Source of the DNA: a virus
Taxonomy: Duplodnaviria; Caudoviricetes
Strand: one strand, 5' to 3'
IMG/VR virus record: IMGVR_UViG_3300017963_000189
DNA length: 64,000 nucleotides
The translations under genes and the position numbers were made by a program. Of this stretch, positions 30,401-39,225 are shown in pieces (position 1 is the stretch's first letter; every line of letters begins with the position of its first letter). A model generated the notes under the pieces. That model did no database searches, was not told the origin of the DNA, and was given only the letters and a program-made list of their open reading frames with translations.

Positions 30401-31651
30401 AACTCCACTTGATGATTGAGCCAAAATATAATCGTTAAATATTATTGGAACATTTATCTGCGAGAATCCATTACCTTCAGCAACATAAAATGATCCAGAA
30501 ACAATTACATCACCTACTCTTTCAATATGACCATCAGCAAATGAACCAGTCCACAATCCACCTTCACCGGCATTTAAAGCATAAGATGCTGTTATGGCCG
30601 TTGACGCTTGACTTGATGATATAGCGGTATCAGCAAATGATGAACTAATTGACCAATCACTATATGAAGATGATAAAGAATTTTCAGCAAATGAAGCACT
30701 TATAGAACGATCACTATATGATGAACTTTCAGCCCAACTTGCAGTTCCATACATCCTATTATCAGATCCACTTATATAAAAACTACCACTAACTTTTACG
30801 TCACCAAATCTCTCAATATGACCGTCAATACTTGATGTCCAATATGTATTAAGAGCATAAGATGCGGTAGTAGCATATGATGAACTTATAGCCCAATCAG
30901 CATGACTTGCAGAACTTATCGTTCCAAGAACAACACTTGCTGTTTGAGAATAACTTGAACTTTCAGCCCAACTCGCAGTACCATATACTCTATTATCCGA
31001 TCCACTAATATATAAACTTCCACTAATTTTTACGTCACCATAATGAGATATTGAACCATCCGCACTCGATGTCCATTGTGAAATTGTTCCACTAATAGAA
31101 CTACTTGGAATGGCTCCAGGATCAGCAAGAGTTAATCCCGTATATTTATATACCGTTACACTATATGGAGTTGGATAAGAACCACTCGCAGCATCAGCAA
31201 CGTGAAGAACACCCGTCTTGTAATCAAATATCCAACTTATCGCATCAGTTTTGAAAATTTGACTTCCTGAAGCATCATAAAGTTTTACTTCATACGATGA
31301 ACCATATTTATCACTTATAAAGTCGCCAATGAAATAACTCTGGGATGCTTCGTTGACCAACCAACCACTATTTATTGAGTCAGTTCCTGGTGTAAATCCA
31401 CTACCAGAAATAAAATAAAAGGCTTGATCGTTGAATGTTGGATCGGCAGTTAACGTGAATTGTTCGTAATATTCAGCATATCCGGATGTGATAGCAGACG
31501 CGGAATCCGTAGGAATAGTATTCATCCACACTTCGCGCATATGTGTGTTGATCGTATCTTTCCCTATCTCTTGAAAGAAATTCCTGTCAGGAGTCGTAAA
31601 TCTTTTATTAATTAAAGTCTTAAATGACTTGTCAGTTTTATTTAAAGCCAC
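27488..31651 (-). CDS. Large tail fibre/structural protein with Ser-rich 9-residue repeats
   Basis: 1387 aa, GTG start; SSS(F/Y)A(E/D)xx repeats; W(T/S)xSxDGxIxR...SGS connector modules shared with the giant fibre; propeller-like C-terminal region. Confidence 0.75.
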   Translation of the reverse strand: MALNKTDKSFKTLINKRFTTPDRNFFQEIGKDTINTHMREVWMNTIPTDSASAITSGYAEYYEQFTLTADPTFNDQAFYFISGSGFTPGTDSINSGWLVNEASQSYFIGDFISDKYGSSYEVKLYDASGSQIFKTDAISWIFDYKTGVLHVADAASGSYPTPYSVTVYKYTGLTLADPGAIPSSSISGTISQWTSSADGSISHYGDVKISGSLYISGSDNRVYGTASWAESSSYSQTASVVLGTISSASHADWAISSSYATTASYALNTYWTSSIDGHIERFGDVKVSGSFYISGSDNRMYGTASWAESSSYSDRSISASFAENSLSSSYSDWSISSSFADTAISSSQASTAITASYALNAGEGGLWTGSFADGHIERVGDVIVSGSFYVAEGNGFSQINVPIIFNDYILAQSSSGVNTYSTTIYPRGTIYKDYRDEFIDTEYQIVIDDSGIVGTLYDYGLSVTTTKFNISNYTGIGTFQGLIVSGNIVLRDLDTVDGVDISEFSSSVATQINNLQTGSTLWTLNDDGTISRDSNVKISGSLYLSGSDNRLYGTASWVESSSQAVSASSTLWSISSSFAESTPTASHANWSISSSFAESTPTASHAEWSISSSFADNTLSSSFAEWTISSSFADTSITSSHALTSITASFAQTVAPGIGGLWTGSFGDGHIERFGQVNISGSLIVSGALIDILAISQSDPLGFTIPTQREDIIINFNQAVAGTHLKSASGIAITYLDILTSETEATYLTGRQIGGRNLGTGKKWWINNSDGIGQLYGLNITGSISASFGIHAVGDVTASAFFASASIDQGLSDFLVWDSGSGEFKRRSGGSDGTSGTSGTDGLPGNDGTSGTSGTSASASLGDSFWTGSYDSMSISRYSEVQISGNLKFRDGDTVDGVDVSEFYGDTDRMLFTPFDTSYVNNITTQSLVQTSTFYSHHAIGKFSDGKIIHSWEHNNASGQYCIFDATGSLSSSILTFTASAQADYQDIIVSGSKAHIFYWNQYSGGGALRDSKYVQIDSNGTILKTVQWSPSRSNALGSTLLNDGNILLLYQNTEGGLGARTEYAIINTSGSTPSECYVTKSIIDTYNSTTKHYPVTFNNGNVILIYYNSPEYYYKIIDPTGSVVKERTAVDSRVDPEGWYLYNLTATSLTNGNVVLSYALEYDTRDEWYAAIIDPTGSILIQKRTGKVTDDDEWYWDYGDVVQLENGDILTGFSYWNDGTGVTDVAYNIVDTNLNVVTSESYFRAIDSGDNIGQVLVEEFNSGSGFLFTYGNDGNDFEYAAFSSQKTFTTINYDRVGIGTTTPGADLHVWNEISASNYEGLVENIDVSDFSASVAQKLTNIETGSAVWTIEGDGSISRNSNVKVTGSFDVTVTGSFGYLSVDGGTF
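29700..29980 (-). repeat. 27-nt coding tandem repeat (ISSSFAExx units)
   Basis: Repeated GATGAAC(T/TA)ATTG units on + strand; protein SISSSFAESTPTASHANWSISSSFAESTPTASHAEWSISSSFAD. Boundaries approximate. Confidence 0.75.
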
Positions 31652-31664
31652 TTACTTATCTCCA

Positions 31665-33374
31665 TTATCCATTATCAAATGTCACGGTTAATTGTGTCAA
31701 ATAATCCGTATTCGATGTATCATTAAATCTTACCATTAAAACTAATGGATTACTATTCGTTGTTTGTTTACCACTTGGCAATCCCCACGTTATAGTATCT
31801 CCACTTACCGCACCATTCCTTATTCCATATATACTACCACTGTCGTCGCCAACCTCGCGTCCTAAATCATAAATACTCGACCCACTTTCGTTGGCGAGAA
31901 CGAAAGCCATTTGTAAATCATCACTGCCAGACCAAACACCTACTATGTCACTCAATCCACTAAAACCATTCCTCGCAATTACTATCGTTCCATTCTCGTT
32001 AGCATTTGTCGGTGTAAATGGACGATAATAAAACTGCTCCCCATCAGTAAATAAAACTCCACCATAACTACCCCACTTACCACTTATCAAACGACCATTA
32101 TTTACTTCCAAACGACCATCTATAAGCGTTTGTTGATTGTTCCATGAACCGGAATCAATAGCAAACCAACGTTTATCTTCATCGTCAAAATATTCCAGTA
32201 ACACAGTACTTCTCGTCAAATATGTATTTATTGGACGATAACCAATATTTACATTAGCACTCGTTACATCACTTTTACCATCTTTTCTCAATCTCACATT
32301 AAATGTTCCTAAATCATTATATGAAGTCTTTACATCATTACTCAATGTTATTGATTGTGTTACCGTCAAATCCCATGAATGTGTAGGAACAGTCAATGAT
32401 GAAGTTGACACCGTCGTATTTGAGAAATACGAACTTTGTATTCTCGATTCATCACCATTACTATAAATAGGATTGTACAAATCTTGACCTACATAATTTA
32501 CATCAAATTGTGTTGTCCTACCATAATAATGCATTCCACTCATATATTTCCACGCAGGAGTCAACGAAGATGTATATGGATTTGTGGCAAATGACTGATT
32601 TGGAAAATGATCAGCATTCGTTCCTACAAAATACATCGTTGTTACATCACTCTCTCCTGCACTATTGTCCGCTAACATCTTATATCTATATGATCCCGTA
32701 CTAACAAATGTTCCTGTTATCTCAGCATTTACTTTCAACCAAATGTTACTATATGTCGATATATCTGTTATATTTATTCCACCTGTCGCCCCAACTCCAC
32801 TCGATAAGGCTCTCTCACCAAATGAAATGAAGTTTTGTTGACTTCCACTTGATACTGAAGCAGACACTCCACCAACTATACTGGCGAAACTGGCAGAAGT
32901 TCCACCAGTAAATGTATCACTTTGATCAGGTGATACTAATACAATAGCATTAGCAGAATCATCGTTTGATAATGTTGTTAAATTATCACCTGGTGACGCA
33001 AATGAATACCACGATCCACTTGTTAACCCAGCAGAAAGATAACCACTAAATAAACTTGGCGAACTTAAAGTTAAATCTTGTCCCGTTAACGCTTCGGGAC
33101 TACTTGGAGCTATTTGTAATAATAATTCATTTACATCGTCAAACGCATTTGGTATTCTCGTATCAGGTGTCCAATAACTAAAATATCCATCCGTATAAGT
33201 TCCGTCATCTGGATTTCCTATTGTACCACTACCTTGTATCGCAACCACATTCAACGCATCGGCTATCGACATCGAAGGATTTAGGGCGCCAATGTTATAC
33301 CCGCCTGCGGTCGGTATACCTGCTTGTAAATCACTTCCACTTACTCTTAATTGTTTTGGATATATTAGTGCCAT
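31665..33374 (-). CDS. Putative structural (tail/baseplate-associated) protein
   Basis: 569 aa, S/G/T-rich beta-type composition; GNPDDGTYTDGYF...DDVNELL motif; located in the fibre operon. Confidence 0.6.
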   Translation of the reverse strand: MALIYPKQLRVSGSDLQAGIPTAGGYNIGALNPSMSIADALNVVAIQGSGTIGNPDDGTYTDGYFSYWTPDTRIPNAFDDVNELLLQIAPSSPEALTGQDLTLSSPSLFSGYLSAGLTSGSWYSFASPGDNLTTLSNDDSANAIVLVSPDQSDTFTGGTSASFASIVGGVSASVSSGSQQNFISFGERALSSGVGATGGINITDISTYSNIWLKVNAEITGTFVSTGSYRYKMLADNSAGESDVTTMYFVGTNADHFPNQSFATNPYTSSLTPAWKYMSGMHYYGRTTQFDVNYVGQDLYNPIYSNGDESRIQSSYFSNTTVSTSSLTVPTHSWDLTVTQSITLSNDVKTSYNDLGTFNVRLRKDGKSDVTSANVNIGYRPINTYLTRSTVLLEYFDDEDKRWFAIDSGSWNNQQTLIDGRLEVNNGRLISGKWGSYGGVLFTDGEQFYYRPFTPTNANENGTIVIARNGFSGLSDIVGVWSGSDDLQMAFVLANESGSSIYDLGREVGDDSGSIYGIRNGAVSGDTITWGLPSGKQTTNSNPLVLMVRFNDTSNTDYLTQLTVTFDNG

Positions 33375-33721
33375 TATTTCTCAAATACCCTTTTCTTGTT
33401 GTGTACCCATTTATCCATTTGATAAATAAATCCACCATTTTCTTTTTCAATTATTTCTAATCCATAAATAGGCTCTTTTCCTGGCGTCCCAGCAAAAAAT
33501 AGTCCATTATTATCTCTATCTAAATCACTTTCACCAGGTTTTAACAAGTCTGATAGCTTAGTCCAACCAATGAGATTTATTTTATTCATTGATTCAAGTC
33601 GCCATTGTTCCCACTTTTTATCAATAATATTATTCGGGGCATGCGACCACGCTAATTCGCCCATCGCCATGTCGGTTTCCGCATTGGATACTTCCTTTAA
33701 TAATTTCTTTAAACTAATCAT
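33374..33721 (-). CDS. Small protein with class A leader MISLKKLLKE (putative head cargo)
   Basis: 115 aa; leader nearly identical to adjacent ORF and to 55686-56045. Confidence 0.7.
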   Translation of the reverse strand: MISLKKLLKEVSNAETDMAMGELAWSHAPNNIIDKKWEQWRLESMNKINLIGWTKLSDLLKPGESDLDRDNNGLFFAGTPGKEPIYGLEIIEKENGGFIYQMDKWVHNKKRVFEK

Positions 33722-34080
33722 TAATATTCTATCTTTTTCATTACAAATTTATATTTTGGATTTTTTCTTTCTACTTTCTTTACATATTTCTCAGGTACAT
33801 CAACATTAGATAACCCTAACATAAATGTATCTGTATCTTGATACCGTTCCCAAGCAATATATCCCTTTCTACTATCTAATGGAATATCTAACCATTGAGA
33901 TAAATGTAAATGTAATGTTTTCCACGCATCGTCAACAACATATAAATCTCCGTTAGGCATACTCATTCCTCTCAACCCAGGTTCCATTCTTCTAATAGAT
34001 TTAGGGTTTTTATATACGTCAAATTCATCGAAAATTTGACCAATTAAATCTTCTTTTATTAATTTTTTTAACTTAATCAT
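33721..34080 (-). CDS. Small protein with class A leader MIKLKKLIKE (putative head cargo)
   Basis: 119 aa; start/stop overlaps with both neighbours. Confidence 0.7.
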   Translation of the reverse strand: MIKLKKLIKEDLIGQIFDEFDVYKNPKSIRRMEPGLRGMSMPNGDLYVVDDAWKTLHLHLSQWLDIPLDSRKGYIAWERYQDTDTFMLGLSNVDVPEKYVKKVERKNPKYKFVMKKIEY

Positions 34081-35357
34081 TCAAATTTACCCCACGTTAC
34101 TATTTCATCGTCACTCGTTAGCGCGTATCCTAAACTACCGGTGTCGGCGATAACTACAAACGCACTTCCACTTTGTTTTATTGTAAAAGCATCATGTTCC
34201 ATATATTGACCATTTATAAATACCAAAAAATCATCTTCGTCAGTTGGAGTCATTGTAGATGTACTCGGTAAATCAGATGGAATTGACGCTGTGTATACAT
34301 TTGGATAAGTTACTATTGATTCTCCTACACTTGAACTCACCACCGTTGATCCCACCGTTGTAAATGATGAATATACTGCTAATTTATTTTGGTAATTCAC
34401 TTGATGTTGTAATTTCAATATTTTAGCATCAACCATATCCGATATTGTTTGATTACCACTTACTGCTGGTTGTTTTCTTGACGAAACAATAATCTTTTCA
34501 CAAAATGGATCAGGTTGTGTTACACTCAATACGTCTACTTCCGTTTCCGTATCTAAAATTATTTGTTGTGTTGTATACGTCTTTTGAGTTGTTATTAAGT
34601 CATTCGCCTCTTCCGGAATCAAAAATCCTTGTATATCTAAAGTAAAATTAGACCTAACCATTCTACCCTTTTCCGTACTCAACTCCGTATTCATGTCAAA
34701 ATTGTCGATCTTAGCTTTAAACTTAAACTTTTCATCGTCGCCCCAATAATCGCCCTCGGCGAACTGCATTTGCTCAACAATCTTGTTCATTTGGGTTACA
34801 AACGATGTCCATATAATACACTCATACGTTATAATAACATAGTCCGGTACAACAATGTTATACATTTCATATGTTGGTTTTATATTATTTTTTAACGAAA
34901 ATCTATCATACTTGTTATGTTCGTTTGACCACTTTTTAGGAAAATAATGAACTAAATTCCGGTCAACCTTGTCAATAGGTATATTATCATCACGACCTAC
35001 ATTTGTACGACGGTACATTACAATAGGTGCTATGATCTTCCCTTTACGATCACGTAAATAACCATCCTTTTGAGATGAAACCCACATCTCAGGATCGCCA
35101 TATTTGATCGGAACATCTATCAATATTCCATTCTCTAATACTCTCGGTTTTATTATATTTTTAAAGTAAAAAATTATCGCTTCATCAATGTCTTGTAAAC
35201 CAATGGAAATATCTTTAAATGTATCATCACTTCGTTTTATTTGTTCTTCGCGTTTTTCACGAGCGGGTTTACCAGAATACCTGAGTGTTCCGTCAAAATT
35301 TTCCCTTCTTGTTCTTGGCAAAGGTTTTTGTCTTTTAGGTGTGTTACTAATAGCCAT
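34077..35357 (-). CDS. gp15: Tail completion/terminator-like protein (gp15-like), paralog 2 with C-terminal extension
   Basis: LQDIDEAI.FYF, VP.KYGDPE.W, QKDGY.RD.KGK, PDY..TYE..IWTSFVTQMN motifs; position after neck genes; extra ~150-aa C-terminus (FLVFINGQYME). Confidence 0.6.
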   Translation of the reverse strand: MAISNTPKRQKPLPRTRRENFDGTLRYSGKPAREKREEQIKRSDDTFKDISIGLQDIDEAIIFYFKNIIKPRVLENGILIDVPIKYGDPEMWVSSQKDGYLRDRKGKIIAPIVMYRRTNVGRDDNIPIDKVDRNLVHYFPKKWSNEHNKYDRFSLKNNIKPTYEMYNIVVPDYVIITYECIIWTSFVTQMNKIVEQMQFAEGDYWGDDEKFKFKAKIDNFDMNTELSTEKGRMVRSNFTLDIQGFLIPEEANDLITTQKTYTTQQIILDTETEVDVLSVTQPDPFCEKIIVSSRKQPAVSGNQTISDMVDAKILKLQHQVNYQNKLAVYSSFTTVGSTVVSSSVGESIVTYPNVYTASIPSDLPSTSTMTPTDEDDFLVFINGQYMEHDAFTIKQSGSAFVVIADTGSLGYALTSDDEIVTWGKFE

Positions 35358-36202
35358 TATTTCATATCCTCAGCACTTACAACAGTTTCTACTCCAAGAA
35401 CTACTTGTTGTTTTGTTCGTGTCTTTTGTGTCGTTACTAAATCGTCATATGTTTCCGGTATCAAGAATCCATTTATCAATAATGTAAAGTTTGACCTTAC
35501 TAATCGACCTTTCTCCGTATTCACATCTACATTTTGATCAAATGAATCTATCTTTGACCTAAATTTATATTTGTTTTTGTCGCCCCAATAGGCGCCTTCA
35601 CTGTATACAAGCTGTTCCACTATCGAATTCATTTGGGTTACAAATGATGTCCAAATTATACTCTCATATGTCACAGTTATATAGTCAGGTTGGATCACGG
35701 TGAAAACCTCATATTCCTTTTTCCTGTCTATACCGGTCAATAACGAAAATCGATCATATGAATTTTTCTTAGACCACTTTTTAGGAAATTGGTGTACTAT
35801 ATTCCTATCCGTTTTGTCCACGGGCATCCCGTCGTCACGAGCAATGTTCGTCCTACGTACCATTATGATTGGCGAAATCATTTTACCCTTCTTGTCTCGT
35901 ACATACCCATCCTTTTGTGTCGCTCGCCATAACTCCGGATCGCCGTACTTCACCGGTACGTCAATGATTTCTTCATTCTCAATGACAGTTGGTTTTATGA
36001 CATTCTTGAAATAAAATAGGATCGCCTCGTCAATGTCTTGAAGTTTTATGGATACATTTTTGAATGTATCATCACTTCTCTTGACTTGTTCTTCTCTTCG
36101 GTGGGGCACAGGTGGATTGTCTATGTCTTTGTGATATTCGTGCTCGCCCAAACGAGTCTTGACTAAAGGATTTTGTCTTTTTGGAGTTTTATCAATCGCC
36201 AT
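35357..36202 (-). CDS. gp15: Tail completion/terminator-like protein (gp15-like), paralog 1
   Basis: 281 aa; same motifs as 34077-35357 across its full length. Confidence 0.6.
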   Translation of the reverse strand: MAIDKTPKRQNPLVKTRLGEHEYHKDIDNPPVPHRREEQVKRSDDTFKNVSIKLQDIDEAILFYFKNVIKPTVIENEEIIDVPVKYGDPELWRATQKDGYVRDKKGKMISPIIMVRRTNIARDDGMPVDKTDRNIVHQFPKKWSKKNSYDRFSLLTGIDRKKEYEVFTVIQPDYITVTYESIIWTSFVTQMNSIVEQLVYSEGAYWGDKNKYKFRSKIDSFDQNVDVNTEKGRLVRSNFTLLINGFLIPETYDDLVTTQKTRTKQQVVLGVETVVSAEDMK

Positions 36203-36214
36203 GTTGTCTCTCCA

Positions 36215-36697
36215 TTATATTCTTTCATTCCTGTCACCTACCCTTACATTCTCAATTTGTAATTTGTCTCGTTGAGTCATTGCAGCGGTAGCAACGATGG
36301 AAAAGTTTTTATATACTTGTCCACCAATGAGTTGATTTTCTACTACGGTGTTAATCTCAAAATACGCTTCATTAAACTCAACAATGTCGCCGGTTTCAGG
36401 ATAAAATCCCCTATCAGCTATCATTTCACGATGAAATGCTAATGTTATTGATTGATCGACAACAGGACCAAATCCTTCAGTTGAATCAGTTGTTTGATCT
36501 TCACGGGAAATTAAACAGCCAATTTGAATACCTTTCGTGTATGTCTTTGTGACTGATTCACCGTATATATTATCTTCACTTTCTGTACTAATCTTATATA
36601 CTATAACGGGAGTTTGGATAATCCTATTCAATAGTTCATTACTATAAGAATTAAATAATTTTATATCCCGCCTACGATTGAATAATGGTTTTACCAT
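36215..36697 (-). CDS. gp14: Neck/head-closure protein (gp14-like)
   Basis: 160 aa; ENIYGES-type motif (DNIYGES), FYPETGDIVEFNEAYFEI; follows gp13-like gene. Confidence 0.6.
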   Translation of the reverse strand: MVKPLFNRRRDIKLFNSYSNELLNRIIQTPVIVYKISTESEDNIYGESVTKTYTKGIQIGCLISREDQTTDSTEGFGPVVDQSITLAFHREMIADRGFYPETGDIVEFNEAYFEINTVVENQLIGGQVYKNFSIVATAAMTQRDKLQIENVRVGDRNERI

Positions 36698-36716
36698 TCT
36701 AATCTCCCTTTAAAAA

Positions 36717-37919
36717 TTAAGCAACATATATACCATGTTCAAACGGAACATTCTTTAAACTACTTATCATGGCTTCCTCTTGAGCCGTCTTTTTCTCCCA
36801 CTGGCTTTGCATACTTGCATCTTCTAATGTCTCGCGAAGTTGTGTAATTAAAGCTTCTTTTTCAGTTTGTGCTTCACTTCTCATTGTTTCACCATCAAGT
36901 GTTACCTCAGCATTTGGAATAGGAATTTGTTGATACTTTGACCTAATCATACCTAATGTCTCTTTAGCACAAGCAAGTGCGTATGTCCTAATCCATTGTA
37001 AACCAGGTTGATTCAAACTACTATAAGGCATATCTTGATAACCAATATTTGAAAAGTCGCCTTGTGTTTGTGATCCGGTTGATTGTGAATATTCTTCCTC
37101 ACTTGATCCACTTGGCGTTTGAATAACGTTATTATCTCTATCCTCAACAAAAATATATTCAAACCATAAATTGAATGTAGATGTCGGTCTTGGAAATAAT
37201 CTTAGTTGATTGTTGACTATCTCAAATGAATACGCTGAACGTCTTATTTGATCATTTAATTCAACACTTTGTACCCTCAATAAATCTTCATAAATAGGAA
37301 ATAAAACATATTCAATAGCTGGTTGCCATCCGCCCCAACCGAATTCATCCATCAAATTGTTTCTCGCCAGTCCGGTCTCTACAAATGGATCATAATAACG
37401 AGATACCGCTGGGCGACCTTCATGAAATACCCTCTTGATTTCTATCGCTTTTCCATCAACATTGTCAGCAGCCCATTGATTCAAATCGTAATTTTGACCT
37501 TGTGCTTGCGATACTTCAACAGATCCTTTTCGCCAGGTTATGTTTCCACCCGCTCCAGCTTCAGCACCATACTCGTGTGCTAATCTGATGATTTGATTTA
37601 ATCCGGTAGATGTTATATTCTTTTGAGTTAGATTTACGTTTTTATCCAACCCTTGAGCAGCTAACCTGTTTTCTCGTATGTTGAATTGATTGACCTGGTT
37701 CGCGAAGTCACTTACCGCTTGTTCGTATGCTGCATAAAAATTGTAGTCCGTCATTTCGATTTCTACAACAGGAAATCCTAATCTACGAGCCGACCACTTG
37801 GCGAAATTTGGCGCGTCCTCTTGAAACTTTGGATCATTGTCATACAATCCAAAAGGTGTACTACCTGATACCGCTCCGGGAGTATCTTCCCATACTGGAG
37901 CTTCTTCAAATACTGCCAT
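36717..37919 (-). CDS. gp13: Neck/head-tail adaptor protein (gp13-like)
   Basis: 400 aa; RRLGFPVVEIEM, WIRTYALACAKETLGMIRSKY, VTLDGETMRSEA..EKEAL motifs. Confidence 0.75.
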   Translation of the reverse strand: MAVFEEAPVWEDTPGAVSGSTPFGLYDNDPKFQEDAPNFAKWSARRLGFPVVEIEMTDYNFYAAYEQAVSDFANQVNQFNIRENRLAAQGLDKNVNLTQKNITSTGLNQIIRLAHEYGAEAGAGGNITWRKGSVEVSQAQGQNYDLNQWAADNVDGKAIEIKRVFHEGRPAVSRYYDPFVETGLARNNLMDEFGWGGWQPAIEYVLFPIYEDLLRVQSVELNDQIRRSAYSFEIVNNQLRLFPRPTSTFNLWFEYIFVEDRDNNVIQTPSGSSEEEYSQSTGSQTQGDFSNIGYQDMPYSSLNQPGLQWIRTYALACAKETLGMIRSKYQQIPIPNAEVTLDGETMRSEAQTEKEALITQLRETLEDASMQSQWEKKTAQEEAMISSLKNVPFEHGIYVA

Positions 37920-37953
37920 TTATCCTCTCCTATAATGAATGTTTCTTTACACA

Positions 37954-37961
37954 TATAAATA
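37954..37961 (-). promoter_or_regulatory. TATTTATA late-promoter core for neck operon
   Basis: About 35 nt upstream of ATG 37919. Confidence 0.55.
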
Positions 37962-38071
37962 TAAAAGATTAGGAAAATTAGGTAAGTTGTAAGGTGTGTA
38001 TTTTTTAAGCTGTTCCCTGACCCCGTTAGTAGTTTTACTATCTTCGGACAATAAAGTTCCCAACTTTTTTA

Positions 38072-38079
38072 TATTTATA
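38072..38079 (+). promoter_or_regulatory. TATTTATA core on + strand for the T5orf172-like gene
   Basis: ATATTTATATATAC 20 nt upstream of the only + strand gene; the motif flips with the gene. Confidence 0.55.
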
Positions 38080-38099
38080 TATACTAACGGAGAAATAAT

Positions 38100-38414
38100 A
38101 TGAGTTATATTTATCTAATAAAATGTGAAGTAGATGAAACTATATTGTATAAAATAGGATATTCTAAAGATGTGAAAAGACGATTGAAAGAGTTAAAAAC
38201 AAGTAATCCTAACCCTCTTGAGATTGTCGCCACTTTCGAAACTAAACATAATCGAAAACTTGAAACATCATTCCATAACTATTATAAACATAAAAATGTC
38301 AATGGTGAATGGTTTTCACTATCATCAAATGAAGTCGAAAGATTTTTGGAAAATTGTCGCCAAATGGAAAGAAATTTTGATATAATGGTGAAAATGGGAA
38401 ATCCTTTTGTGTAA
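38100..38414 (+). CDS. T5orf172/MUG113-like GIY-YIG-family nuclease domain protein
   Basis: YIYLIK...YKIGYS....RRLKEL.TSNP..L....E..FH......GEWF; SD GGAG. Confidence 0.85.
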   Translation: MSYIYLIKCEVDETILYKIGYSKDVKRRLKELKTSNPNPLEIVATFETKHNRKLETSFHNYYKHKNVNGEWFSLSSNEVERFLENCRQMERNFDIMVKMGNPFV

Positions 38415-38417
38415 AAT

Positions 38418-38445
38418 AAAAAACCCGACCGAAGTCGGGTTCTTT
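38418..38445. terminator. Bidirectional intrinsic terminator
   Basis: AACCCGAC-CGAA-GTCGGGTT stem (cUUCGg loop on minus strand) with A-run and T-run flanks, between convergent genes. Confidence 0.8.
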
Positions 38446-38457
38446 AAAAATTAAATA

Positions 38458-39066
38458 TTAACCTGCATCATCGAAAAATTCAAATGATATTGATGTGGTT
38501 AAATAACTAAATGCTCTATCTTGACTTCTATCTCCACTAAAAGTATTATATACTATACATTTATATGTATAGAAATTCATACTTTGTAATCCCCAACTTG
38601 AAGATACCGTTAATATCGGATTATCCGAATACACAGAATGAATCACCGTTGAACCATTTTTAATTTCATGTTTATATTTAACGGCTTCATTTTTCCAAGA
38701 AGATGAAATTGCATTAACACTTAAAGTTTGACCAATTTGACGCATAATACCATTAGATTGTTGTATAGAAGATTGATACGTTGCTTTCCCAACCTCAATA
38801 GCAAATTCATTTAAAATCGTTGTACCTGCACTATCAGTTACTCTACAAAAATTTAAACCACCTTGAAAACAATAATCTTTTAATTCGTCCGGTACATTAA
38901 GATTTGTTGAACTTATTTCACCAATTTGTAAAGAAAATCCAGGATCCCTAAAAATTTTTAGTTTAATACTTCCAAATATTAAATTCCAAATCTCAGGAAT
39001 ATCAGTATCATTTAAAACTTTATCATGTACTTGAGTAAATGTGTTGGCCCCAGAAAATATTTTCAT
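38458..39066 (-). CDS. Hypothetical protein (probable start MKIFSGA at 39066)
   Basis: SD AGGAG precedes ATG 39066; the track's longer start lacks an SD. Confidence 0.65.
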   Translation of the reverse strand: MKIFSGANTFTQVHDKVLNDTDIPEIWNLIFGSIKLKIFRDPGFSLQIGEISSTNLNVPDELKDYCFQGGLNFCRVTDSAGTTILNEFAIEVGKATYQSSIQQSNGIMRQIGQTLSVNAISSSWKNEAVKYKHEIKNGSTVIHSVYSDNPILTVSSSWGLQSMNFYTYKCIVYNTFSGDRSQDRAFSYLTTSISFEFFDDAG

Positions 39067-39172
39067 TAAATTTCTCCTAATTAAAATTATATTATAATAA
39101 AATATAAGAACCTTTTCCACCTATAAGTATTGATATATATGTAAATAAAACAACAATATATACATATAAGCC

Positions 39173-39202
39173 AAAAAACCCGACTCAAATTAATGAGTCG
39201 GG
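39173..39202 (-). terminator. Intrinsic terminator closing the early cassette
   Basis: CCCGACTCA/TGAGTCGGG 9-bp stem followed by U6 on minus strand. Confidence 0.8.
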
Positions 39203-39225
39203 CTTAGTTTTAAATTCTCCTTGTT

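Noticed and set aside
17884-31651. Diversity-generating retroelement (TR/VR pair) in fibre genes
   Set aside because: No reverse transcriptase in the window. All repeat copies are in-frame coding, and the mismatches I inspected are synonymous rather than adenine-specific.
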